Source: a virus. From it: 64,000 nucleotides of DNA. Position numbers and translations under genes: made by a program. Positions 29,158 through 36,975 of this stretch are shown here, piece after piece. Each line of letters starts with the position of its first letter. Positions within the stretch are counted from its first letter, which is position 1. Where the stretch lies: positions 34,717-98,716 of the IMG/VR virus record IMGVR_UViG_3300033148_002693, one strand, 5' to 3'. Under the pieces are notes generated by a model. The model was not told where the DNA came from, did not search any database, and saw nothing but the letters and a program-made list of their open reading frames with translations.

Positions 29158-29589
29158 ATGGAAAATGCAGTGAAGGTGCGATGGGTATCAGATGCGAAAA
29201 CGAAATTTGTTATCAAACCAGCGATGATTCGTATTCGCAGGAGTGATGATAACAGCGAATTGGTCGAGTACTATCCAACCAATGAAAAGCCACTCCCGGT
29301 GGATGTCTTCCAGATGATTGAATACAGGGTTGCAAACGACTGGCTTCCGCTCAGGGAGGAGCTTGTGAGCACGAGCATGGATGACATTGAGACTCGTCTC
29401 AGATTGTCTCGCGAAGCAGAAGACGTTTTGGCGGACATCGCGGCGGAAGCGGGAGCAATGCTCTCAGTTCCGGTATTCGATGAATACCGAGAACAGCGAG
29501 GCTATAAGCCAGGGTGGACGTTCTACAAAATCAAAGAATCTCTTGGATATGACATTGCCACGAGGGTTTGCGGCAGAGAGGGGCAGTAA
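29158..29589 (+). CDS. Hypothetical protein with GYKPGW motif
   Basis: RGYKPGWTFY resembles the C-terminal motif of phage SF2 helicases. Confidence 0.6.
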   Translation: MENAVKVRWVSDAKTKFVIKPAMIRIRRSDDNSELVEYYPTNEKPLPVDVFQMIEYRVANDWLPLREELVSTSMDDIETRLRLSREAEDVLADIAAEAGAMLSVPVFDEYREQRGYKPGWTFYKIKESLGYDIATRVCGREGQ

Positions 29590-29681
29590 GCAAAGCGCAT
29601 CCAGGAACATGCTATAATGTATGTAGAGTCGAGAACACAACTGTAGGGCTAACCGGCAAGGCCGGTAGAGGGGGAAAGGCG

Positions 29682-30011
29682 ATGATAAAAATGGAGCTTC
29701 GGATCGGTGACCGAGTTCGTGTCGTTGACGGCAGAACCCATGAGGTTCTGGGGAGCGGCAGGGTATTAGTGCTCCCCTTTCGCCCCTTCCCCTACCTGCC
29801 TACTATTGATGAGGTTGGTATATCGGCTCTGAAGGGTCGAGAGTTGATCAGTAACGCGATCCATGTGCACGTAGATGGCCGCGAGCGGCTGGTATGTTAT
29901 GTACCAGTTGCGTGGATAGAGTTTGACAATAATATTATCCCACCGGTGGCGTCACAACCAGCAGAAAGGAACGAGAACGGTGAAGATAAATTACTCGGAG
30001 GGTCAAAATGA
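29682..30011 (+). CDS. Hypothetical protein (SH3/KOW-like start)
   Basis: LRIGDRVRVVDG; GAGGGGG RBS. Confidence 0.55.
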   Translation: MIKMELRIGDRVRVVDGRTHEVLGSGRVLVLPFRPFPYLPTIDEVGISALKGRELISNAIHVHVDGRERLVCYVPVAWIEFDNNIIPPVASQPAERNENGEDKLLGGSK

Positions 30012-30238
30012 TGAAAAACGAGAATCTTCTCAAGGCTTACAAAATCGATGAAGCGAACAAAAGGGCTTTTTTCAGCCCAGACGAGAGGGCAGCCGCGAAG
30101 CGTGTAGCCTACCAGAAACCTGGTTGGGTGATCATCATCGAAGAGCGCGAGTGTGATGTGGGATGGTTGGCCCCCCGCTGTCGATGGGTTTGCAGCAGTA
30201 ACGGTAGGACAGTCGACAGATTGCCAAATGCGAAATAA
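30008..30238 (+). CDS. Hypothetical protein
   Basis: GGAGGG RBS, ATGA overlap. Confidence 0.55.
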   Translation: MMKNENLLKAYKIDEANKRAFFSPDERAAAKRVAYQKPGWVIIIEERECDVGWLAPRCRWVCSSNGRTVDRLPNAK

Positions 30239-30252
30239 AAAAGGAAAGGGAA

Positions 30253-30720
30253 ATGAATGTCGTTGAGAAAGAAGTTGTAGAAGCGTATCAATTGCAGATG
30301 AGGGAAGTTGCGAATTGCAAGGCAGAGGTTGATAAATTGGAGTATCGATCTTCGCAACTTCGAAATAAGCTTGCAGAAGAGTGTATGGAATATCAATGGC
30401 TCATCGAAACCAATGAGGCCCTTGAGTTTGCAAGACAGAAGATGGCTGATGAGTTAGCGATAGCCAAAGACATTCGGGTGAATATCTTCAATCTGGACGG
30501 AGTGAAGGCGAAGATTATGGGTCTCGGTATCCGAGTTATGCGCCGGCTTGTGATGGACGAGAGGGAGGTGATCGAGTGGTGCAGACACAATGCTCCCCAG
30601 CATCTTGGCTTGAAATCATCGTTCAAGAAGGCTGCGTTGAAGTCTGATGAAGACGTTCGATGGGCTCCGTTTGGCATCGAAGAAGCCCCTGTCACAACGG
30701 TCGGGAAGGAGTGGAAATGA
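30253..30720 (+). CDS. Gam/Gp157-like coiled-coil protein (putative)
   Basis: N-terminal coiled coil, then EVIEWCRHN...KSSFKKA pattern. Confidence 0.45.
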   Translation: MNVVEKEVVEAYQLQMREVANCKAEVDKLEYRSSQLRNKLAEECMEYQWLIETNEALEFARQKMADELAIAKDIRVNIFNLDGVKAKIMGLGIRVMRRLVMDEREVIEWCRHNAPQHLGLKSSFKKAALKSDEDVRWAPFGIEEAPVTTVGKEWK

Positions 30721-31493
30721 CTGTTAAAGTGATACTGGAAGTTCCCCTAGAAGACATTATTCTTGGAGATAATCCCAGAGGTCGAGTTGGGAATACAACA
30801 GACCTTCAAGCGAGTATCAAAGAGCGCGGGTTGCTTCAACCGTTAACTGTACGCTCTGAGGGTGAAAAGTTTATGCTCCTAAGCGGGTACCGTCGCTTGA
30901 AGGCTGTCAAGGCGTTGGGATGGGAAACAGTGCCCATAGCCATCATCCCAGAATCAGATGAAGTCGATCTGGCGGATATGCTTGCGGCGAATCTGTACAA
31001 GGCTCCCGACTTACTATCAGAGGCGATGGCTGTTCGGGAATTGATGAAGAAAAAGGGCTGGTCAGTGAGTCGTGCGGGAAGGGTTATCGGCCGTAGCGTC
31101 AACGACATCAAGACTATGGCAGATTTGCTTGAGGCCGACGAATCTGTCCAGAACGCAGTTGTAGAGGGACGCATGTCGCTAACGGCGTTTCGAGCCATCT
31201 GCAAGGAAAGCAAGGAACGCCAAAGGGCAATTGTTGAAGATGCAAAGCCGCGAAATAAAGATGGAAAGTTGACTATCACTACGGTCAAGGCTGCCAGGGA
31301 CAAGGTACGGGGTCAAACGGAGAAGCGCATTGAGGGGCTTGACACTGATGGCCCTGTCCAGCTTCTAAACGCTGCTCTTGCTCTTGTGGGGTCTGTGAAG
31401 GGGCCATTCGACAGCACAATCGGCAATCGAGTCGAGCATGTACTTGACAAGATTATCAGTGAAGCTACAGCATTGAAAGGAGAATTGAAATGA
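30717..31493 (+). CDS. ParB/Srx-domain protein
   Basis: NPR, SIKERGLLQPLTV, LLSGYRRLKA, followed by HTH. Confidence 0.9.
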   Translation: MTVKVILEVPLEDIILGDNPRGRVGNTTDLQASIKERGLLQPLTVRSEGEKFMLLSGYRRLKAVKALGWETVPIAIIPESDEVDLADMLAANLYKAPDLLSEAMAVRELMKKKGWSVSRAGRVIGRSVNDIKTMADLLEADESVQNAVVEGRMSLTAFRAICKESKERQRAIVEDAKPRNKDGKLTITTVKAARDKVRGQTEKRIEGLDTDGPVQLLNAALALVGSVKGPFDSTIGNRVEHVLDKIISEATALKGELK

Positions 31494-32271
31494 GACAGAT
31501 AGTCCTGGATGGGACGCCACGAGGTTGCGGAACGCTGAAAGAGAGGGCTTGCTACGCTGTAGGTACACCTGGGGATATCGGCAAATTCAAGTCATGGTAT
31601 TGGCTCTCTGGTTCTCTATTTCCCTGTGAAGAAGAGATGATTTGGTGCGAGGTCCCGGCGAGAACACAGGTTGTAATCAATCCAATTGCTACGCTCAAGT
31701 ATGGTCAATTGTGGGAAGCGCATTGGGCATCTCCTACTAGTGTCCTTGACGGATTGGTCAGCTTCGGTCGGAATGGCATTGCGGATCATGTCGGCAGGCA
31801 GTACACGCCGTTTGGGTTTGCTTTCGAGTGTTTTGAGAGGGGTCCTAGCAGGAGGATTTCGCCAGAGATAGCGAAGAAGCTAGCTGGATGTGTTCCGTTC
31901 CCGATATTCTTCTCTCACAAAGACATACCGCAATTGCTCATACCGAGGACTACTTGCATTGGGCATTTGAGCAAGGACTGTGTTACGACAAATTGGATTT
32001 TACTGAATTTGACTGGTCACGCATGTGGAAGAACAGCAAGTTCAGTCCGTTGGTTTTTGGTCTTGGGGATTGGGTGCATATAACACAGGTCATCTTGGAA
32101 ATCGATCACATTGCCAGAACGCCAGGGGACAAGGTAATAAACTCGTGGTATGAGCATGAACGGCAAGAGGCGATTTTCGGGGGATCGTGGATCACTGACA
32201 TTGCATACATCGGTGAAGACGTTCCAGATGACTTGGCTGAAGCTGGTGTGGTTTCTGCTAGAATTGAATGA
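31490..32271 (+). pseudogene. Hypothetical gene split by an apparent frameshift near 31940
   Basis: Overlapping ORFs 31490-32083 and 31888-32271 each look protein-like only on one side of ~31940; could be an assembly error. Confidence 0.45.
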
Positions 32272-32286
32272 AGCTAAGGAATTACA

Positions 32287-32829
32287 ATGGATCAGTTACA
32301 ACAATTGACACAGGCATTGAATTATCTTGATAAGGTTTGTGATGGTGCTTATAAGCGTGACGTCACTGGTTTCAATGGTGCTGATTCTGGATTTGGCAAA
32401 TGGCTGTCCTTCCAAGCACGCACCGTTGGCCTCGACAATCATCGTCAAATTCAGGCTGTAAACCTGTTACAGAAATACCGTGGACAGATTGAGTCTGCTG
32501 GGTTAGAACTCCCCACTATCGATGAGTATCAGGTCACTGGAGATTCTGGGGAATCAATATCTGTGAAGATCACAGTTGAAGATGGTCAAATTGCTATCAG
32601 GTTTGGTAAGGACAATCCGGCATTCAAACAGCTTTTGGACAAGGCTAGAGGGCTTTCCAAAAGGCGGTTTGATTGGGACCTCAAAGCTTGGCTTTGTCCC
32701 ATGAGCATTGCCGGTGAGATTGTTGCGGCATTCCCCGAAGCCGATATAGATGAAGCGATCAAAAGCGTTCCGGTTGAGAGTAAACCAAAGTGTGAGGTTG
32801 TGATTTCTCGTGAGAAATTGTTGGTGTAG
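32287..32829 (+). CDS. Helicase-associated N-terminal/HARP-like domain protein, no motor domain
   Basis: CDGA..RD..GFNG.D..FG and RRFDWDLKAW motifs; no Walker A. Confidence 0.5.
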   Translation: MDQLQQLTQALNYLDKVCDGAYKRDVTGFNGADSGFGKWLSFQARTVGLDNHRQIQAVNLLQKYRGQIESAGLELPTIDEYQVTGDSGESISVKITVEDGQIAIRFGKDNPAFKQLLDKARGLSKRRFDWDLKAWLCPMSIAGEIVAAFPEADIDEAIKSVPVESKPKCEVVISREKLLV

Positions 32830-33142
32830 CTATAATTGGAATTGTTTGGAGCATAAAACGGTGAGAATCAGACTGAACGACAAACAATGCAGGCCGACAT
32901 TGAGAAATAGGTTGGAGCTTCACGAGTTGTATCCAGATACAATCTTGCTGTTTCGTATCGGGGATTTTTATGAAGCGTTTGATGACGATGCAAAAGTGGT
33001 AGCTGAGGAATGCCGGATCATGCTCACCGGCGGAGTGATTTGTATCGCTGGTTTTCCATGTACATCCTCTGAGAAATACGTCAAGATGCTGGTTGATTCT
33101 GGTTTCAAAGTAGGATTGATAGATAATAGAATAAGTACTTGA
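32810..33142 (+). CDS. Stand-alone MutS domain I (mismatch-recognition domain)
   Basis: YPDTILLFRIGDFYEAFDDDAKVVA...AGFP...YVKMLVDSGFKV; start uncertain (GTG at 32861 possible). Confidence 0.85.
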   Translation: MRNCWCSYNWNCLEHKTVRIRLNDKQCRPTLRNRLELHELYPDTILLFRIGDFYEAFDDDAKVVAEECRIMLTGGVICIAGFPCTSSEKYVKMLVDSGFKVGLIDNRIST

Positions 33143-33167
33143 CAATATAATCACAATATGTTATAAT
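33139..33167 (+). promoter_or_regulatory. Consensus sigma70 promoter
   Basis: TTGACA-N17-TATAAT with TG. Confidence 0.9.
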
Positions 33168-33191
33168 AACTACAAGGAAGGGGGTGATTGC

Positions 33192-33446
33192 ATGGAGGAA
33201 CTTTACACAGCACAGCAAGTGAGCCAGATTTTGGGGTTGGATGGAACTGGAACTCAAGTGCTTTATATGAGACGCAATGGGTTCTGGATTCAGACAGATA
33301 GTGGGTTAATACGTGTCAGTCCTGGAACGATTGGGAAACAGTTTAGCCCACGTAAGATAATGTTCACAAAGCAAGACATCGCTTTGATGCGATTGCGGAA
33401 GGGGCGTGGGGCTGTACCGAAATCTGTGAAGCAGGCTGTAGCATAA
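33192..33446 (+). CDS. MerR/Xis-like HTH DNA-binding protein
   Basis: LYTAQQVSQILG...MFTKQDI. Confidence 0.65.
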   Translation: MEELYTAQQVSQILGLDGTGTQVLYMRRNGFWIQTDSGLIRVSPGTIGKQFSPRKIMFTKQDIALMRLRKGRGAVPKSVKQAVA

Positions 33447-33466
33447 TAGAGAAAGGGGGTGTGGAA

Positions 33467-33601
33467 ATGGCTACAACCAAAGAAGTCAATGTCGAGCTGA
33501 ATTGTGCGTTCTATCTTGACAATCCAGATTTGCCGACGCCAGATGAGGTCGATTGTATTGGCGACCCCATCGCCGTCGCAGAAGAGATCGAGGAGATGTA
33601 A
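33467..33601 (+). CDS. 44-aa acidic peptide (not in ORF track)
   Basis: AAGGGGG RBS; MATTKEVNVELNCAFYLDNPDLP...EEIEEM. Confidence 0.5.
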   Translation: MATTKEVNVELNCAFYLDNPDLPTPDEVDCIGDPIAVAEEIEEM

Positions 33602-33602
33602 A

Positions 33603-33956
33603 GTGGAAAAAGTCGGTAAGTCAGTTGAAGAAATCATCGGAGATGAAATCAAAGTTGTAAGTATCCCGGTGACTTCTAGCATCAAGATGGACCTAGGGGC
33701 ACTTGTCCCAGAATTGGGTATTGCATTCTCCAATGCGATGCCTGCTGTTGCTCAGTTGATAGCATCCGTAGAAATACAGATGCGCGTACCGCCTGGGTAT
33801 AGCCCTGGCGAGAAATTCACTGAGGATCAAGAACGACTACATCGAGCGGTACGTTACGTTGCTGATGTGGTCGATGTTGCAAACACGGAGAGATTGGAGG
33901 TGATAGCCGAAACTTTGAGAGACCTGTTCAGCCCTGGCACGGCTGACGAACTGTAA
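33603..33956 (+). CDS. Hypothetical protein
   Basis: GAGGAG RBS before GTG. Confidence 0.6.
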   Translation: MEKVGKSVEEIIGDEIKVVSIPVTSSIKMDLGALVPELGIAFSNAMPAVAQLIASVEIQMRVPPGYSPGEKFTEDQERLHRAVRYVADVVDVANTERLEVIAETLRDLFSPGTADEL

Positions 33957-33995
33957 GGCGAAACCTGAAATCGCAGAATGATAAGGAGAATGAAA

Positions 33996-34805
33996 ATGAG
34001 TTGGGCAGACAAAAGAGGAAAAGTATCCGAGACATGGTATGGAGCGAAATTGGACGAGGGTGTCTATTGTGCGACACTTGTCCGCATCGGAGAGCCGTTT
34101 GTAGTCCACAATAGACAGTATGGAACATCAATCAAGGTATCATTCGATTGGTGGCCCGATGTTTGCGACGATCCCAAACACTTGATCAGTGATGCCGTGA
34201 ACCTTCCGATGGTCCCCGGAGCATCAGAACAATTGGCCGAAACCAAAGGCCGACTCCCCGAAGATATGTACAATCTCATTGCAGATGAGTACGGATCACG
34301 TATGGCTATTTGCCAACTTGCATCCGTCCTTGGAGGTTATGAGATGGTCAAGGGGAAGGATGGTAAAGTGGAAAAAGAGTTGCTTCCATCGAAGATGCTC
34401 GGAGCGCGGGCATACATCACTGTGACGAAAGGCGAGAACAGGATGTATATCAAGCGTGAGGAGATCATGGCCGTCGAGTCAGACGATGAGCCGCCCGATA
34501 GGGTTTGGAAGAATCCCTGGACAGATAAGGGACAGAAGGAATCACGAGAGACCGCTCCTAAAGAGATCGTCGAGTATATACGGGAGTTGGCAACAACGAT
34601 GAAGAAAGCCTTCGGTGGGAAAGAGGGTGAGCAGTTCATCAAACGGGTAAATCGTGCCCGCACAGAGTTCGATCCAAAAAGTACCAAACTCAACAATGTG
34701 AGCGTAGAAGGGGCAAACAGGTTAATAACCTGGATGCGCGATGAATACGCAAAGGCTGAGATCGAATTCCCAGAACCGCCCGTCGATAGTGCGGATGAAT
34801 TGTAG
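33996..34805 (+). CDS. Hypothetical protein, possibly SSB/recombination-related
   Basis: LDEGVY.ATLV start and acidic tail resemble phage OB-fold SSBs; not verified. Confidence 0.4.
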   Translation: MSWADKRGKVSETWYGAKLDEGVYCATLVRIGEPFVVHNRQYGTSIKVSFDWWPDVCDDPKHLISDAVNLPMVPGASEQLAETKGRLPEDMYNLIADEYGSRMAICQLASVLGGYEMVKGKDGKVEKELLPSKMLGARAYITVTKGENRMYIKREEIMAVESDDEPPDRVWKNPWTDKGQKESRETAPKEIVEYIRELATTMKKAFGGKEGEQFIKRVNRARTEFDPKSTKLNNVSVEGANRLITWMRDEYAKAEIEFPEPPVDSADEL

Positions 34806-34832
34806 TTTGTGAGATACCGCTATGGCAGGGGA

Positions 34833-34948
34833 CATAGTGCATGGGTTGAGCTTGATTCGACGTAATGAATCCGGTGCGCCTGCAATGTATCGGGCATAGG
34901 CACTGTAAGGGGTTAATATAGAATACACAATGATACTCATGCACTATG
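34833..34948 (+). ncRNA. Kink-turn-containing structured RNA, copy 1
   Basis: 14-bp terminal stem (one G-U), U.U/G.A/A.G plus AAU bulge, internal hairpins; ~8 differences from copy 2. Confidence 0.75.
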
Positions 34949-34968
34949 CAACACAGGGAGGTTAGGCA

Positions 34969-35223
34969 ATGAAAACAGTAATAACAAAAAGGATTGAAAT
35001 GGCAACACAGGAAATACGCTTTGGCTATTGGGACATGGCCAGGCACAAATTTATCCCGCTTTATGACCTGAATGAGGATGAGAGCGCGGAGGCTGCCACC
35101 AAGCTAGGCGTTTCTGAGTTGTTGCTAGACTCACTTACGGTATTCTCAGACACAATAGCGGAACTGGTTGGCAGGGATTTGGCAAATATCTGGGAACGTC
35201 TGGATCGCATTGAGAAGAAATAG
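34969..35223 (+). CDS. Small hypothetical protein between the two RNA copies
   Basis: GGGAGG RBS; C-terminal coiled coil. Confidence 0.7.
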   Translation: MKTVITKRIEMATQEIRFGYWDMARHKFIPLYDLNEDESAEAATKLGVSELLLDSLTVFSDTIAELVGRDLANIWERLDRIEKK

Positions 35224-35229
35224 GTAACA

Positions 35230-35301
35230 ACCGCTACGCCATTCGTGACGGGAGAGGCCCGCAGCAGACACTTGGTTCTGGAATGACGGTGGCGCGGCGG
35301 T
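35230..35301 (+). ncRNA. Candidate ~72-nt three-way-junction RNA
   Basis: ACCGCT-A-CGCCATT pairs with GGTGGCG-C-GGCGGT; two internal hairpins. Confidence 0.55.
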
Positions 35302-35305
35302 AAGG

Positions 35306-35420
35306 CATAGTGCATGGGTTGAGCTTGATTCGACGTAATGAATCCGGTGCACCTGCAATGTATCGGGCATAGGCACTGTATAGGTTAATATGGGATACCC
35401 AATGATACCCATGCACTATG
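35306..35420 (+). ncRNA. Kink-turn-containing structured RNA, copy 2
   Basis: CATAGTGCATGGGT/ACCCATGCACTATG perfect 14-bp stem plus canonical k-turn. Confidence 0.75.
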
Positions 35421-35426
35421 TAATAT

Positions 35427-35499
35427 GGCTGGTGTAGCTCATTGGGGTGATAGAGCACCGCTTTGCGGAGGTAGTGGGTTCGACTCTCACCATCAGCCA
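35427..35499 (+). tRNA. tRNA-like RNA with truncated anticodon arm (no assignable anticodon)
   Basis: Acceptor GCTGGTG/CATCAGC, TA, D-stem GCTC/GAGC, T-arm GTGGG-TTCGACT-CTCAC; anticodon arm only CCGC-TTT-GCGG. Confidence 0.8.
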
Positions 35500-35504
35500 A
35501 TATA

Positions 35505-36023
35505 ATGGAGGGTGAAATGATGTGGTATAGCAATCGCACGATGATCGTCAAGGAAGACTTGGAACCTATCGAATGGCATGGTATGCCAGGGATGGAGCCA
35601 CGTATTGGTGATAGGGTAGTCTCTGACGCAATCATTCATTTTGGAAAGAGCAAAGACCAATACCTGAGTCAGCAGAATTCCCATTGGCTATCGTTCGTGT
35701 TTAGGAGTCAATCAAGACCAGGGTGGCAGCTTCAGTTGATTTGGGATATGGGGATGGCCTTGCTGTCCAGAGAACGAGTGAAAAAGGGAAGTCAGAGCGA
35801 TCCTTTATTAAATCTGTGGTGTTCGCTACGAAGGCAGAATTACGATCCTGGGATGATATGGGCCAGCATTGAAATTTGGACGGAAGAAGAGATGAACGAG
35901 GTTGTTCAAGACTTGATAGATAAATACGCAAGGCGTGTGCATCCATATGTTATACGTTCACCTTTGGGCGAACATGCTCAGGATGCCGTAGACATGGAAG
36001 CGCAAATGTTTGATGAATTCTAA
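35505..36023 (+). CDS. Hypothetical protein
   Basis: ORF with GGAGG RBS (start probably near 35517). Confidence 0.7.
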   Translation: MEGEMMWYSNRTMIVKEDLEPIEWHGMPGMEPRIGDRVVSDAIIHFGKSKDQYLSQQNSHWLSFVFRSQSRPGWQLQLIWDMGMALLSRERVKKGSQSDPLLNLWCSLRRQNYDPGMIWASIEIWTEEEMNEVVQDLIDKYARRVHPYVIRSPLGEHAQDAVDMEAQMFDEF

Positions 36024-36070
36024 GAGGCCAGCCCGTAGACTGACCTCTCAGATAGAAGAGTGGAAGTGGC
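36019..36070 (-). ncRNA. Candidate antisense sRNA with 15-bp C(UACG)G hairpin
   Basis: Stem is fully paired only on the minus strand (G-U pairs); lies just downstream of a minus-strand promoter; 3' end unknown. Confidence 0.6.
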
Positions 36071-36443
36071 AGATTCATTATATCACACGGAATTGGAAAA
36101 GTCAAGCGATTCAGGAATGATTTCTAACACGGCTCTCTATATTGCTTTGATTTCTGGAAACAGGATTGATCCTGTGACTTGGAAAATCGAGCATGGTCGA
36201 TTGACTATTGTTGCCACCTCTTTACCATTAGACAAACTCTATCGTTGGCGTTGTTGTATATCCTATGATGGCAAGCTGGTATTGCGCGCTCTCAAAACTG
36301 CTGATGGGAGGTATGATCTGAAATGGTACAATGATGGAGATTGGGTAGAAGAGTTGGAAAATCTGCGGTTGCATGTGCTTGACAAGCTAGTGCGGCGCGC
36401 ACCGAAAGGAGGTGAGAATAGTGAACGCAAAACAACATCATGA
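36060..36443 (+). CDS. Hypothetical protein (start uncertain)
   Basis: ORF track; protein-like C-terminal two thirds. Confidence 0.55.
   Translation: MEVADSLYHTELEKSSDSGMISNTALYIALISGNRIDPVTWKIEHGRLTIVATSLPLDKLYRWRCCISYDGKLVLRALKTADGRYDLKWYNDGDWVEELENLRLHVLDKLVRRAPKGGENSERKTTS
36077..36105 (-). promoter_or_regulatory. Minus-strand sigma70 promoter
   Basis: Reverse complement reads TTGACT-N17-TATAAT with TG extension. Confidence 0.75.
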
Positions 36444-36816
36444 GATGATGAACTACGACCGAAAGGAATTGCGGCGTGAAATCAAAGAGACACTATCCGT
36501 TTTGGTCAAGAGTGCAGACGGTTCGTCTCGTTGGGTATCTTTCAGGGACCCTGTGGTTGATTCTAAGGGCAAAGGGAATCAAACAGTGATGGTCGCCCGT
36601 GCGCTTGTCAATGGTCAACATCATTTCGCCAGGGTTCAAGTGAAGTGTGGACCTGGGGATGAATGGAGCGATACAGTTGCATATGAATTGCTCCTTGAGC
36701 GAGCCATCGTCGAGATCATCAATCAGGTCATGGACAGGATTGCCTGGGAAGATAGTCGCTATTTCATTAAGAGTAGCATGTGGGAAATACTGTTCGGGAG
36801 GCTACTGAGAGAATGA
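36412..36816 (+). CDS. Hypothetical protein
   Basis: AAGGAGGTG RBS; CGPGDEWSDTVAYELLLERA motif. Confidence 0.65.
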   Translation: MRIVNAKQHHEMMNYDRKELRREIKETLSVLVKSADGSSRWVSFRDPVVDSKGKGNQTVMVARALVNGQHHFARVQVKCGPGDEWSDTVAYELLLERAIVEIINQVMDRIAWEDSRYFIKSSMWEILFGRLLRE

Positions 36817-36887
36817 AAGTAGCAAGGTGTCCTAAGTGCAAGAGGCCCCTTGACAAAGATGGTCATTGTCCGAGAGGTTGTGTGTAG
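36813..36887 (+). CDS. 24-aa Cys4 micro-peptide (not in ORF track)
   Basis: ATGA-coupled, GGGAGG RBS; MKVARCPKCKRPLDKDGHCPRGCV. Confidence 0.55.
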   Translation: MKVARCPKCKRPLDKDGHCPRGCV

Positions 36888-36892
36888 ATTTG

Positions 36893-36975
36893 TGCCAGCG
36901 CAGCGCCATTCTGGTGAGGTTTCGGAAAGCTGAAACTAAGAGGAGAAATCCGAGGTGCAAATCCTCCCGCTGGCA
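36893..36975 (+). ncRNA. Second tRNA-shaped RNA (non-canonical)
   Basis: Acceptor GCCAGCG/CGCTGGC+A, T-arm GAGG-TGCAAAT-CCTC, 8-bp arm with 4-nt loop in place of the anticodon arm, GAAA-capped variable arm. Confidence 0.6.

Noticed and set aside
34842-34862. Resemblance of GGGTTGAGCTTGATTCGAC to the tmRNA 5' end
   Set aside because: No matching T-arm/CCA 3' end or tag ORF; these bases are better explained by the k-turn and the GATTC/GAATC hairpin
34833-35420. CRISPR array, TIGR array or retron msr-msd reading of the duplicated RNA
   Set aside because: Only two long copies separated by a gene, with no repeat-spacer periodicity; no Cas, Nop-domain or reverse transcriptase gene recognised in the window
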